Positions 13,240 through 27,100 of a DNA stretch of 64,000 bases are shown in pieces. Below the pieces are notes generated by a model. That model was not told where the DNA came from. It did not search any database and saw only the letters and a program-made list of their open reading frames with translations. Source of the DNA: Chrysomallon squamiferum (lineage: Eukaryota; Animalia; Mollusca); the NCBI GenBank assembly GCA_012295275.1, contig CM022672.1, positions 33,480,001 through 33,544,000 on the forward strand, given 5' to 3'. Made by a program: the position numbers and the translations under genes. The stretch's first letter is position 1. Every line of letters begins with the position of its first letter.

Positions 13240-16200
13240 CAGAGTCATATCAAGTATATATACTTTGCTTATTCTATCACCCATCGCCTTTTGTTGAATG
13301 GTTTGTTGTATAACGATTTATCATCCCATCACGAGTTCCCGCACGAGTGATCTGTCTCTATAGCAATCTATATGTCTTATATATACACATTTCCATCTGT
13401 CCGTGCGATTTCTGTCTGTTTCTCTATCTGCCTTTCTTTTTCCTTTCTGTCTAGCCGCCTGCATAACTAACTACATGTCTATAAACTCTATCTTTCTGTA
13501 TGTGTGTCTGTCTGAGTATCAGTCTTTTTTATTGTTCTTTGTTTCGTTCGTTCTTTTAACTTTTTTTCTTTTTTTCTTTCTTTCTGTCGTGTGTAAGTGT
13601 ATATAAATCGATATTTCAGTCTCCATACTGTGTACATGTATGTACTGTATTTGTTTATGAGTCATGGTTCGTTAAATAAAAATAATAATATAAATACTAC
13701 GTAAAGAAACGAAATACTATTTAAAAATAGACATTCAGTAACAGATGTCACTTTATAACTAAAAAACATCCAAAAAAGTAAAAAATAAATAAATATGGTA
13801 GCAAAATACAAATACAGAATTAAAAATGAAACAGAAAAATAAAAATAAAGAGAAGACAAATGACAATCGTTATTATTACCGTTTATTTATTTATTATTTT
13901 TTTCGTTCATTTTTTCATTCTGTTAGATAATTAATAAATGATTAGTATTAACTAAATTTGCGAAAAAAAGTAAACTTATAAAAAGGAAAAAAGAATGAAT
14001 GAATAAATAAATAAATAAAAATGTAAATTAATAAATAATGAGTTAACAAACAAAGAAACAAATAAAAACAGTAAATTTAAATCCAGTTATACATTGGTAT
14101 CTGAATAACTCGACAGCTAATATGAATCGTTCTTAACACCGGTAGCAATAACAGCTGACTTATAAAAATAAAACTGTCGTGTCGCGATGTGTCACACGGC
14201 TGACAAATATTATATCAACAATGCGTGCACCATTTCTCGTTCAGGTGACAAATCATAAACAGACATCTGAATGATTTCTCAGACAAGATTTCTCAATACC
14301 ACACGTGCCTTTTTAAAAAACTTCTAATCTTTTTATGCCTGCATCACATTGCGAGAGACTGATAAATCGCGACGTTACTGTCGCCATTGTGATGCAAAGT
14401 TCAAACATAACATTTGTGACAGTGTATGAATTTGCTTCCTGGTCATTAAGCGAATTAAATGAAAATTGTTTTATGCATTTTAAAAAAGAAACTGTCATGT
14501 TAAACTTAATTTCAGTTGCTAATTTATTCTTTGACAATATCCTGTTTAATAAAAAGTATTTTTACCGAATGATCCAGCTTCAGATATCTGAAAAGAAATT
14601 GCAAGGGGCGATCAGCCATTTTTAAGATAATTGATCATTTCATGAAAACCTTCACAGCTGCTTATAGAAAAACTGTTTATACTTATAGAGGCATTATTGT
14701 TTTCGATTAAAATATAGAGTTTGATAGGTTTTCTTCAACAACATCGTTATGGTAAAACTTTATTAACATGGGTCGTGATAACCCCCAGGCACATACCAGG
14801 ATCCCTAGGGGGTCAAACAGTAATCCTGAATCGGTATTCAAAAAACATCAAACTTGCCACTAAATTGTATGAGAAGAGACATCTCACTTTCTTCCGTATT
14901 TTTTCTTTCTAGGCATTCTTTTTATAGGAGATACACCACTCTAGTCTATCATCAAGTAAAGTAATACCAGTAATTAAGTACCTATCAGTTATCTGTTCGT
15001 TTGAAATGCAGTGGGATCCAATGAGCCACCTGCCCATGGAACATCAGAGTGGCTTATCGAAACCCACAGAAAATGGCTCACTGGTCCCCAACTCCACATT
15101 CATTATGTTCGCCCAGTGTAACAGAGAACCACATGGCTGGTCGACGAAAACTGCATTAAGAAGTGAAAAGATATTTCTAGCAAAAACACAACCCTTTACT
15201 ATGAAATATGTGTTATCACCTCAATCGACCCCCAGTGTCTCCTATCATACCAGATTCCGCTGCAAAACGCTGATCAAAGCAAGGCTAAAGTTTCAAGTTC
15301 TCTCCGTGACCTCCGTGATCATCAAACGGAACCGCTGTCTTCTGCAACCGCCCGCTACCCGTTTCTACTTCGTCACACCCAGAACCAGAGCCTGGACTCA
15401 AATCCCGGATAGATTCCTGAGGACGTTGATGGAACCCGTGGAATTAAAGAGGAAAGAGAAACCATTAGGTGGGACAAATTTCAAAGCTGTTTTAGTTCGT
15501 CATACAAAATTGGCCGCTAATTACTGTAACTTCAAAATTTAAAAATTCGTGATCGCTTATATTCCTGTAAAACGAACTTGATTATTAGCATATACTGGCA
15601 GTTAGAAACAGATTATTTACTTATTATAATTATCTATATTTAATATTTCTCTTACTTCATCTTTTCTTGATTTCATATACAGAGCCTAGATTATCTCAAT
15701 GATATCCACATACAAATTAGTACTTTAATAATATATACATATTTACTTAGTTAAAAGAACTGTGTCTAATGAAATACAGTTTCATAGATAAACTGGTTTT
15801 ACATTAAACAAAGACAAGATTGTCTATCTTCCTCACATCTCTACTGTTTCACGTTTGATGCAAACAGAATTGACTCAGTCATTCCCAGGTGGAGAGGTAA
15901 TTTATTATCAATTAGCAACGCCCTCTTCATTCTAGTTCATTTCAAAGTTACTGGTGAATTTCTGTTCTGTTTCTGTCCCTAGACCTCTAATGGGATATCG
16001 TTCACATTAGACGAAAAAGAATATGCGACCCATTATGGATTCTTAAGGAACGTTACATCTAATTGTGGCGATGGTAGAAATAATGTCAGCGATTTTTTCC
16101 ACCTCATGTCACTCATGTAAATACGATCGAAACCAGTTTAGTCCGAGTTATTGTAATATCTATATCAAATCGCCATGATCAACCATATCAGAGACCTGTT

Positions 16201-17622
16201 ACATATCTACATAATTCCCTATGTTATGCCCTTGCTTAATACAATTGTTTAGATTTCGAAAAAAAAAAAAAAAAATATATATCAAAAAGAACGACTGAAA
16301 ATAGAGGAAGTTAATACATTTTAATAAAATAAACAAAAATCTGTTTTAGTCTGTGTTTTTTTTTATTATTACTTAAAATAAGCACACGTTATTATAGATA
16401 TAAATTACACTGAAGATAAATAATTTAAGTAATTTTAGAAGAATACAAAGGAAAAGTAAAAGCAGAAGAAAAAGAAAAGTAAGCGTAATGATAATATATT
16501 TATTTAAAGTAAACATCTGAAAATAAAAACAAAGATTTAAATTAGTTTAAATGTTTTGTAATCGATAAGCTACATTAGTTATGTTAGGTTGCTTATATTC
16601 ATTGTTATTCCATTTGTAATATATTTATTTTTATTAGATATCTAACGACGAAAAATCATATATTTTGTTATCGACAGAAGCGAAGTAACTCTAAATAATA
16701 AGTAGGTCAACGAAGCAGACGACTACAAGGTAACTAAGTAATTAAGTCAATGTTTTATATAAACAAAAAACCATACCGTTTAAAAAATAAAAAATAAAAA
16801 ATGTATAAACAAATGAATATATATATATATCGAACTTAATGAAAAATAAAATATACTTTTCGCATAAGGTCATCGTTATTTACCAAGGGGAAGTCACTCT
16901 AGTAGGTGAACGAAGCAGACGATTAAAAGGTAAATACGAGATGAGTAGAAAATGAAAAATGATTTTAAGATACCCCAGTTATCGGTTGCATCATCCAACT
17001 GTATTTTAACTGACTATACGAGGTAAGTTTAGACAACTATTTCATTTTGTAACTTCTTTTCTTTTTTCTTTTTGTTTTTCTTAATGTTACTTAAAGTCAT
17101 GAAGTTTTATACAAACTTAAACCAGATTTTCCTGAAGCACATGGTTACACGGTATTATTATAATATTTAGTTTAAAATAGTCTTTTGTTTTACAAAACTG
17201 ATGAATCTAACAAATATTTTGTAACTTTGTATAATTCATACAATCTTAAAAACATACATCTTAATTAATTTAGTTGTAAGCTATCTTTGAATCAGCTTCA
17301 AAGATATAAAAAACAAAACATTTCTTTTTCTGCAGGATTAAATATTAAGCTTTTATATAAAAAAATAACAATTTGTAGCCAAAATGCTTACATTTCAAAT
17401 AATAATAATAATAATAAATAAATAAATAAATGTGCTAAAATGAAATTCATGCTTAAATTTATAAATGTTATAAGATAATAATAATTTTAAAAGCATTATA
17501 AAAATTATATTAAAAAAATGTTCTTCATTCACAACATAGCTGATCAACTAACATAAAAATCAAGTTGTTATGAGGAAAAACAATATATAGCCAAGATAGT
17601 TACATTTTAAATAATAATAATA

Positions 17623-17673
<51 letters not shown>

Positions 17674-19686
17674 TTCAGTTTTTCCTCTTCATATGATCAA
17701 ATACATTTTTTGTATTAGGATATGAAGCAAATATATTAAATATAATCCAGCCTGTTGGTTCACTTACTACTGTTTGATTTAACTTACATAAGTCTCAGAT
17801 ACTTTTCCTATTCATTTACAGTTTTTTATATTAACACATCTCATAAAATTATTTTATCATTGTTAAGCTGTTTATCAACAATCTTAACATCATAGTGTTT
17901 CTCAGTATATACCTGATGAAAATTAGCCAACATATATCATCAAAACATTTGTTCATGTCATGTAAAACATATTTTAATATTAATTTTAAAAACAACGGTT
18001 AAAAATACTAAATTAAAAATTATAAAAATATGGATATTAAGATTACAGTTAATTATTTATCACAGGATGAAAGTATTAAATTACAGTTAAATATTAATCA
18101 TATGATCCCATGATAAATATTTTAAAATTGAGTTAGTTTGAAATCTTCCAAAAAAATAATTCAATGAATGCGAAATCAAAACATAACTATCTGCTTTTGT
18201 TATTTTTCAGTTTTTGTTGATATAAATGGAATATCATTTTAAAATCAAAACAAAATTTCTAACTCTTCAATATTACAATTATTAAAATACAAATATAAAA
18301 ACTATTTGCTCTAAATGAGTTGTTCTATACATTAGTATGTAAATAACATGAAAACATATATATATCTGGAAAAACACATTAACATATCAAATATTATCAT
18401 ATATACATATAAATAAGGATTAAAAGAAATTTAATAATATATTTAATAATGAGTAAACTTTAGAAAATCAAAACTATTAAAATATTATTTCTATAAACCA
18501 AATACATTGGTTCATATTATATCAAAACAATAATTTTATGATCTGTATAAAAAATTCATTCAATAAGGGATTCTCACAGCTGTCTTAAGACTATTTCATG
18601 CTGCCAGTGTATTTCAATTGACATCTTATGTGGAAGATGTTAATCCACAACAAGACCTAAACTGAAACTAATCCTCAACTACAGAAGAGTTCAATGATAA
18701 TTACATCATAAGTAGTAGACTATTAGTGTCTGTATACAAAATATTCCAGAGGTCAAACTGTAATATTACACAGTTCTGTTTACAATTATATATACAAACA
18801 CATTCACAGATATAAACACATATAAAAATGACTTAATTTTCCTTTTAAAAATACATTATACCAAAATTGTTTGACTTGTTTTTTGCTGTTTTTTTTTCAA
18901 ATCAAATAAAGTACAAATTAATTACATGTAAAAGTAAGAAAAAAAAATCCAGTATTATGTACATGTTGTTGGTATTTATTTTCCTTTTTGGTCTTGTATT
19001 CTTTTTATCTTTCTTCTTTTTTTTATCATCTGTTTTTCCATTTAAGATAGGCAAAAGTAAAAACCAATGTGAACTGCATACAAATAAAACAATAAGAACA
19101 AAAAGTATGAAAAAAGCATTTCAACAGTGATAACATCCATATCTGAGAGATAAGTGACTATAAATAAACTTATTTCACCTTTTTAAATGAGCAGTGAAAA
19201 GTAAAACAAAGCAAAAACAAACAACACATGTCATCAGAATTATAAAAACAATACAGAGCAGTTTAGAATTATACTTCATAACAGAAGTATATTTTCATTA
19301 TAATATATAATTGCCAAAAAAATGAATTTATCACATTCAACCTATTACTAACATTTACTTTTCTTATTTTGAAATAAAAAGTATATTTTATGACAAATAC
19401 TCATTTCTGCTTTTAATTTTTTCAATAATTTTACAAATCATCCAAAATTATATAAAAAAATGCTGTTCACTATGTACTCTTAAATAAATAAAAGACAACT
19501 ATTTTCGGAATGATTTAAAAGTAAGTATATATAAAATAGATTCATCAGCACATACATCACAGAAGAAAACTCCAAAGAAAACAACAGCTTTTAGAACAAA
19601 ATTATACAAAAGCATATTTTAACATTTCACAAATTGATGACAAAATATGCTAAAAGGCACTTTCAACAATTATATCTATATACATA

Positions 19687-19736
<50 letters not shown>

Positions 19737-20550
19737 ACAACATATTTACTGTTTATACTTATTTTTAATTTAAAATATAGAAGTGAACAAAGCAAAAACT
19801 ACAAAAAAAAAACAATATTAAACTATAACATCTAAATGACTCTCATATAAGAAAATTGTTAACAGAAATCTGTTTTTGTCTGGAACAAGCATTACTTGTG
19901 TGTTGTAATTCTAATTGAAAGTATCCATCACATCAAAACATTAATAACAGTAACAGTAACCCAGATAATGTCTTTCAAACTGACCATCTTCAAATAACCT
20001 GTCCAATGAAATCTGAAAGTGAAAAACAGAATAAATAAAAAGCTAATAGAAATGTCTATAAAACAAGACAACCTCTATGATAATTATTGTCATCAACAGT
20101 AAATTCCAGACTATTTATCTTTGCAATCCAAAATAATTCAGTGCAAATCAAATAAGCTGCAACACTGACAAATCTATGTAAAATAAAAGTGAAATTTTAC
20201 TTAATACTTTTTTTTTTTTTAAAAATAAATTGTATGCAGGTTTGTATGTAAAACTGTACTGAATTATTAGATACTTTTACATGTGATAATATATTAAAAT
20301 ATTACATACTTCCCTGTGCAAACACATAAAGAAACCCAATCTCATTTTTGTATATAATATTATGTTGAAAGATACCTTTATATAATATGTAATAATATAT
20401 TGCCATGTTATCTCATTCTTTACGTAAAATATTCTGAAATGTTAGTTAATTTGGTATTATATAGAATATCCAAATTTTACCTAACTTACTTTGTAACAGT
20501 ATACTGATATTTTATGTGAAAAAGTCTATGAGAAAAATTACTGAAATGAA

Positions 20551-20594
<44 letters not shown>

Positions 20595-20805
20595 TATTAT
20601 TTGGGAAATTATTTGACTTGTAGATTTAGCTTATATTTCTTTTTTACTAAACTATTAATGGAAAGTAATATCAACACCACATCTGTGATCTTAACAAAAA
20701 TGTAATTTCATAAAGATTATCTTACAAATATTGTTGATCCTTTTAATTTGTATTCATTATAATATTGTTTTCACGACAAACATAATTACCTGATTTGTTT
20801 TCAAT

Positions 20806-21102
20806 CTAAGACACATGACATTTTACGTAATTCACAATAGCACTTGCAAGATCATATGTACTTTTGGCAGTCTCTTTGCTGTACACATCAGAAGGAATCT
20901 GAGGGAAAGTCAAGCGATCTGGATATCTCATACGATTGTAACTACAAACAAGATCTTCGAGCCTGTTTGCAAGATCCGATAGATTCATCCGAATCTCAGA
21001 TTGTAAGTAACTGGTGATGGATTGAAGATCATGAGTTCGCACTTCATCAGCCTTACGAGCATCATGATTATAAAGCATGGCTTTCAAAGCCTTTTCAGCA
21101 GC
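20806..21102 (-). CDS. SACS: Sacsin-like terminal coding exon, C-terminal half of HEPN
   Basis: Acceptor tttttag|GCT, 99 codons: AAEKALKAMLY...RTHDL...YNRMRYPD...PSDVYSKETAK...VS*. Confidence 0.9.
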   Translation of the reverse strand, partial: AAEKALKAMLYNHDARKADEVRTHDLQSITSYLQSEIRMNLSDLANRLEDLVCSYNRMRYPDRLTFPQIPSDVYSKETAKSTYDLASAIVNYVKCHVS

Positions 21103-21157
21103 CTAAAAAGAAAAGACATAAATACATACATACATACAAAAAGACATATACATACAT

Positions 21158-21188
<31 letters not shown>

Positions 21189-24100
21189 GATAGATAGATA
21201 GATAAGTATAGATATAGATAGATAGATATCTTAGTTATTTTTTTACTGTTTTTGTTTTATTTAAAATCTATAAAATACAAAATTTAAATTGAATAAATAG
21301 TCATCTAGTCAAAATAATATTTTTAAAAATTTCACTGTTATTTTAATGTGTTGAAAATTACACATTTGCTATCAAAAAATGTTTTTTAAATATTTGTTAT
21401 TTTCAAACACATTTAACTCACTTGATGAGATTTGAAGCAGATCCAGTTGAAAGCATCATATTCTGAATTTGAAAGTGCTTTGTTTGCCATTTCTAGATCA
21501 ATGTTTGCTTGTCGCAGCCATCTTCGTGCTTCTTGTTTATGTGGATAGGTGTTTTGTCTTGTGGCTGAATGGAAACTGTAAGCAGAATGTCTCGAGGAAG
21601 AGGAATTTCTTGATTTCCGTTGGTAATTATAATAATAGTCCCTTTGTGACCTGGATCTTCTGTCCATGTTAGTGAAAAATGATGACTGGTGAAATGGAGG
21701 TTCCCATGAAAATGTTCCATCTGTACATCATTTAAGTCTTCACCTCTCTCTAATTTTGCCATGCAGTTTTGAATGTACTGACACACTTTGGTGCAGATAT
21801 CTTGTCTCTCTGGTGGATTCTTGTCTGGATGCCATTTCAGGTACAGTCTCTTTACTACTCTTTTACGGTCACATGTATCTAAACTACGCCAAGCTTCTTT
21901 CAGTGTCTTCCGAATTTCTTTCTGAATGTCACATAAATCAGGAGTAGAAGGCTGTACATCAGATGCAACAAGTTCCTGGTCAACTTTAATTCCTTCTCTA
22001 CAAAATTTGTACAATCTTGTTGCATTTATTTCTTCAATTCTTCCAGGTTCCACTTCCACTTTATATTTTGTCACACAGGGTGATGCACCCTCTTCTGCAA
22101 TGGATTTAACAATAGCATAAATATATACTGCATCAGTTGATTCATTTTCCAAATATTCTGCAGCACATGCTTCAGTAATAGCTGGATCATGGATCTCTAG
22201 TCCTACATATTCATTTTCATCTAAATTCTCAAAATTATTGTTGAGCATAAAATGAAATTCTACCGGAATTAAAGTTCCAGGAGGTGGAAACAAACATATT
22301 TCTGTTTCAGAAATGGCAACATTGAAAGAAGAAATTCCATTCGTGTCCAAATAGGAACTAATCTGTTCTGCTTCCATTTGAAGCATATGTGTCAAATAAA
22401 TTATTTGTATTCCAATTCTTCTATCTACAATGAAATCAATTTCTTGAGATATTTTTAAGCATAACTGATTCTTGTCTTTGAATGCCCGCCTGTCAATATA
22501 CAGTATTGTGTGATCTTTATCGAGAAAACACTTTCTTGTCTTTTCACTCTCTTCAACAGGTGTATTGGAAAACTTCAAATGTGTCTTTAAATTATCTACT
22601 TCTTTCATGTCCAAGTTAGATATTTTTTCCTGTACACATTTGATGATTTCTTCTTCTAAAGACAATTTAGATTCCATTCTATTATGATATATAAGCCGAA
22701 TAATACCTCTGATAAAATGATGAGATTTCATAACGTCTAAATACGCACTGGCATTTGGACCCCTATAGGCTTTATCTTGACATTCAGCTGTAACATGTTC
22801 CCGAACTAAAGAACTCAAGGTTCTTAGTCTGTGCCTCTCTGGAAGGTAGTTTACCACAGCAAAATCAGACATAGGTATATGTAAAACTTCAAATCCTATA
22901 AAATATATCAAGTTCAGAGAAGCAACTCGATGCTGAAGTAGATAATTGTCAGATAAAATTAAGTCTTTTGAAGAGCTAAGTGTTTCCAATGTACTTGGAA
23001 GAAATAAGGTGGAATCAGAAAGTTCTTTTGAGTATCGCTGGTCTGACAAACACCTGAACAGCATCTCTACTGCCTTTTGTACCACCTTCCAGTCATTGGG
23101 ATTTAATTTACCATGATCAATTTCCAAATGCTTTTGTCTCAAAACATCTGCATAATGATTAGCAGAAACAATCTTGCTAGCACCAAGTTTTTCAAACAGA
23201 GAACGATATTTACCGAAGTGATTAGGAAACTGAAATATATAGCCTGGAACTGCATCTTGCTGTGCAAGCTCAATGACGATATCTCTTGCTTTAACCATAC
23301 ATCCCATGTCATTCAGATATATAACTGAGTAATCTGCCAGGCTGTTTTTGTCTTGTTCGGAAATACTTCTTTTTTGTAAGAACTCATAAATCCTTTCCAT
23401 TATTTCTTCCAGATATATTCTGATCTTGTTCAACTGTGATACTTTCATTTTCTGCAAAGAAAGTGAAATTTTCTGGAGATGGGAAATGACACTTTGTTTA
23501 TCTGGAGTCAACTTAACACCAAGCTCTGAGAGAATATTTTAGAAATGAATGGAACTTTAGGGCAGATACAGCAACTTGTCCAAACTAAATAACAATTTTC
23601 AGAAGAAACAGATCCATTAAAAGCAATTAACTTTGATGCATTTTCTACTTGTGGATGGATGTTAGCCAATATTTCCCCATGTTTATCATGTTTGACACTG
23701 AATGGTAATACAAACTTAATGTTCTTAATTTTAGGAAGGAGGTTTTCTTTTAACAGATTTTGTCTCCAAAACAAATGTTCAGTAAGAGTGTTCGACATAT
23801 GTACAATGTTATCTGTTATTCCTTCACTGCTCAGTGTCTGGATTTCCAAAGCAAACTTGACAAAATCTTCAACAGTAACTTTGTCCTTCATACCAGCCAA
23901 CACGAGAAAGTCATGCCACTCATAATCATTATATGGTGCTGGGGGAAATGCATAGACTGGACACATCACATGAAACACATCAACTCTGTTGCTGTAAAAT
24001 TCACATGCTCTGCAAAATGTACCATCTAGCCTCTCTATGAAGGGCAAGCTTTTCAGTGCTTGCACTAAAATTTCTTGATCATAACTCCATCCAGAATCAA

Positions 24101-27100
24101 ATCCTTTTTTCAGTAGATTATTTTTTATATATGTTAAGTGAATAGCTCTTGCTTCTTTTGGCAAAATTTGAAACTTTGGTAAAATGAAATTACTATAAAA
24201 TCCGGATGTAGAATGAACAGTAATGTCCATAAATTGATACAAATCTTTTAATGAATGTTCTGATTTAAAAATAGTTTTGCAAGTTTCATGAGACCAGATT
24301 TCTAAGCCATCTGCAGGTATTTTGGGATATCCATTTATCACAAACAGTGGATCACAGTTTATGAGTGGCTTGGTGGAATATGATACTGTAACAAAAAAAG
24401 GTAATCTTTTCAGCATCCTGATAATCAAGTCCTTGTCAGCAGTTAGGACTTTCAAATTGTTACAGAAATATTCGAGCAAAATCAATGCTATATCTCTTGT
24501 TGGATTTCTTTTGTAATTATGACCAGAAAGTGCCTGAAGAACACAAAGTGGGTTATTTAGATCTGCTGTAATGGATGCTGCAAACTGAACTACATGTGTA
24601 TCTAGATGAAATGCACTCCAATTGTAAAATGACAAACCCAACATTTCCAAAGCTTCCTTCAATTTATCACTTCTTTCAAACAGAATGTTTATGACATTTC
24701 CAGCTTTACCTATGGGATGCAGCTGATCTTGATGTAGTATTTGTGTCCGATCCACATTTTTCTGAATTACTGTGACCGGCAATAGGCTCCATTCCCTTAT
24801 TTCTCCAAAGCTGGAAATGGACAACTGTTTCTCAGAGAATTCTTTTCTAGTTCAATATAAAGAAACGTCCATAAATGTCGAATCCATTGTTTTGTTGGAT
24901 GATTAGTGCTATTCCAGTCCACAGCTTTGCCTTGTTTAAACACAGCTTCGTCCACTGTGTCTTTCAGCAGCAAAGATAAATCACTGATGTCCATACTTTT
25001 CAAAACCAGACTTTCTTCGCATTTTGAAAATAAACTGACAATATCCTTGTGCAAACATCTATCTGGTGACCCTTTAATGAGGTCTGTAAACATTGTTACA
25101 AAAATTCTATTTTCTCTGCTGAAAATACTAAGCTCATTTGCATTATTCAAACACAAAGGGAGTCCGTCAATTTCGATATTATCATCTCTCATGCAGAATT
25201 TTATAACCAGTTTTACTGTTTCTATATCAACAAATGGAGTGTTTTCTACTTTTTCTGGTAATTTTCCTATTAAACATTTATCTATCATCCCTTCTGTATT
25301 ACATGATTTCAGAAATGTTATCACATTCTCTGGTTTCACACAGTGCACTTGTTCACCGAGGGCAGCGTATACAAAATTTTTAAAAATCCAGAGTGGTGCT
25401 TCAATGATTTTCATACCAAGAGTTTTCAGTATCTCGGCAAGTTTCAGTGCTTTAGTACTTGATATTTGTTGTCTCGTTTCATCAGCTTCTTTCTGAGAGA
25501 AAATTTTTGGAACTATGGTTTGAAACAATCTGTGAAAACCAAACTGACTTGAAGTACTTTGAATTGTGTCATTATCTGGTTTATTATCTTCATTATTATA
25601 AAATGATTCAAGGTTATTGAAATATCCTGGAAACCCATGGTCATTAAAAACAGAAACCCAGATTACTTGCTTTACTGTTTTGAGCCTCTTGACAACAGGA
25701 AATAAAGTAAGTCTCTCCAGAAAGACTGTTTTGTAAAATGCAGTAACCAGTGATTTCCAAAAGTCGTCTTTGGCCTTGTTGATGTCAGGAAAAAGTCCAT
25801 TGTACTGTTTGATATTTATATCAATATTTTCAGTGCCATTCTTATGGAACTTCATGAAATTTAGAGCTTTTATGTATGCTGGCACAATAAGAGTTTCTAC
25901 CATATGCTGATTCCACCTAGCTCGAAAATCTTGAGTACCATGCCACAAATTCCGTCGGGCTTCGTGGTCTAGTGCAAAATGACCATTGATGTGAACAGGC
26001 AGACCAGTTTCAATGGGCAGTGGAAGAATACAAAATGCTCTTTTGTTGCATTGGACGTTTTCTTCATCAAGTCGAACAGCCACTCCACCTCTGGGTAGCA
26101 GATTTATATCTCTTCTTTCCCAAGCACCGTCTATTTCAGGAGGCAATTCTACATTGTAAGAAAAACCAAATTGATGAATTATCAGCCATTTTTCTTCCTC
26201 GGGTTTATGACCATTTTTTATGTTCATTACCACTGCAACCTGTACTTGTTTTAGTTCCTTAAGCCCAAGGTTTTGAGTTCTTGCCTTTTTCACTTCATCA
26301 GCAATATTATTTAAATACATTCTGTGTTTTTCATCATCTTGTGTAGATGCTTCCACAACATTTTCAATATGAATATGTCCACTTTCCTCTATGCTTGCAA
26401 CTGAAATTTTTTTTATGTTATTAAGAAACATAAGAGACTGTGACATATGCAGTGTGAAGTTGCGTAATAATTCTTCAATTTCTTTTGTGTCTATTTCTTT
26501 TTTGAATATGTTTGAGGTCTTAGCCATTTCTTTATTTCTGAGAGGAAACCGAAACAATGTTCCTTGTGGATGGAGAGGAACTTCATTTTCAAGGAAACAC
26601 GAGAAAACATCACTGTATGAAGAACGCAGTTCTGATATGTTAGTAAATCGTGCTCCTGGAACACCAGGCTCAGCAGTTGGCGTGTACAGACAGTTAGGGT
26701 CAAGAACACACAGTGTTTTGTCCATTTCTGGTCCACATGTGAGGAACGTTGGAACATCTGTCAAATGATAAACAGCATTGAATCCAACTCCATACTGACC
26801 TGTCTTAGTATAGTCTAAACTTTTGCTTCCAAGACCCAATTCTTGTATGCCATCCAAATCCTTCTGTGTGAAATAACTGTTATTATAAACACACAATGCC
26901 GGCCCTTGCAGAGGTTTCCACCTGTCATCAAAAATTCTTTCACTTGGATGGGTTCTGAAATCTTTGATAAACATCAGCTCTGATGCTCCTGCATCATCAG
27001 CATTCTGTAGCAGTTCATTCATCAGAGACACATCGCAGGGATATCCTTCTAGGATCCGTTTTATTCTGTTAGTGAGTTCTTCGTGTTGCCCGAAAGCCTG

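Noticed and set aside
16682-16935. ~45-bp imperfect direct repeat (agtaggt[c/g]aacgaagcagacga) about 200 bp apart
   Set aside because: Only two copies and no associated structure. Likely a small local duplication.
19999-20790. Possible 3' UTR intron (donor shortly after the sacsin stop) and a 14-nt micro-exon
   Set aside because: Based only on splice-like motifs in AT-rich DNA, and cannot be supported without transcripts.
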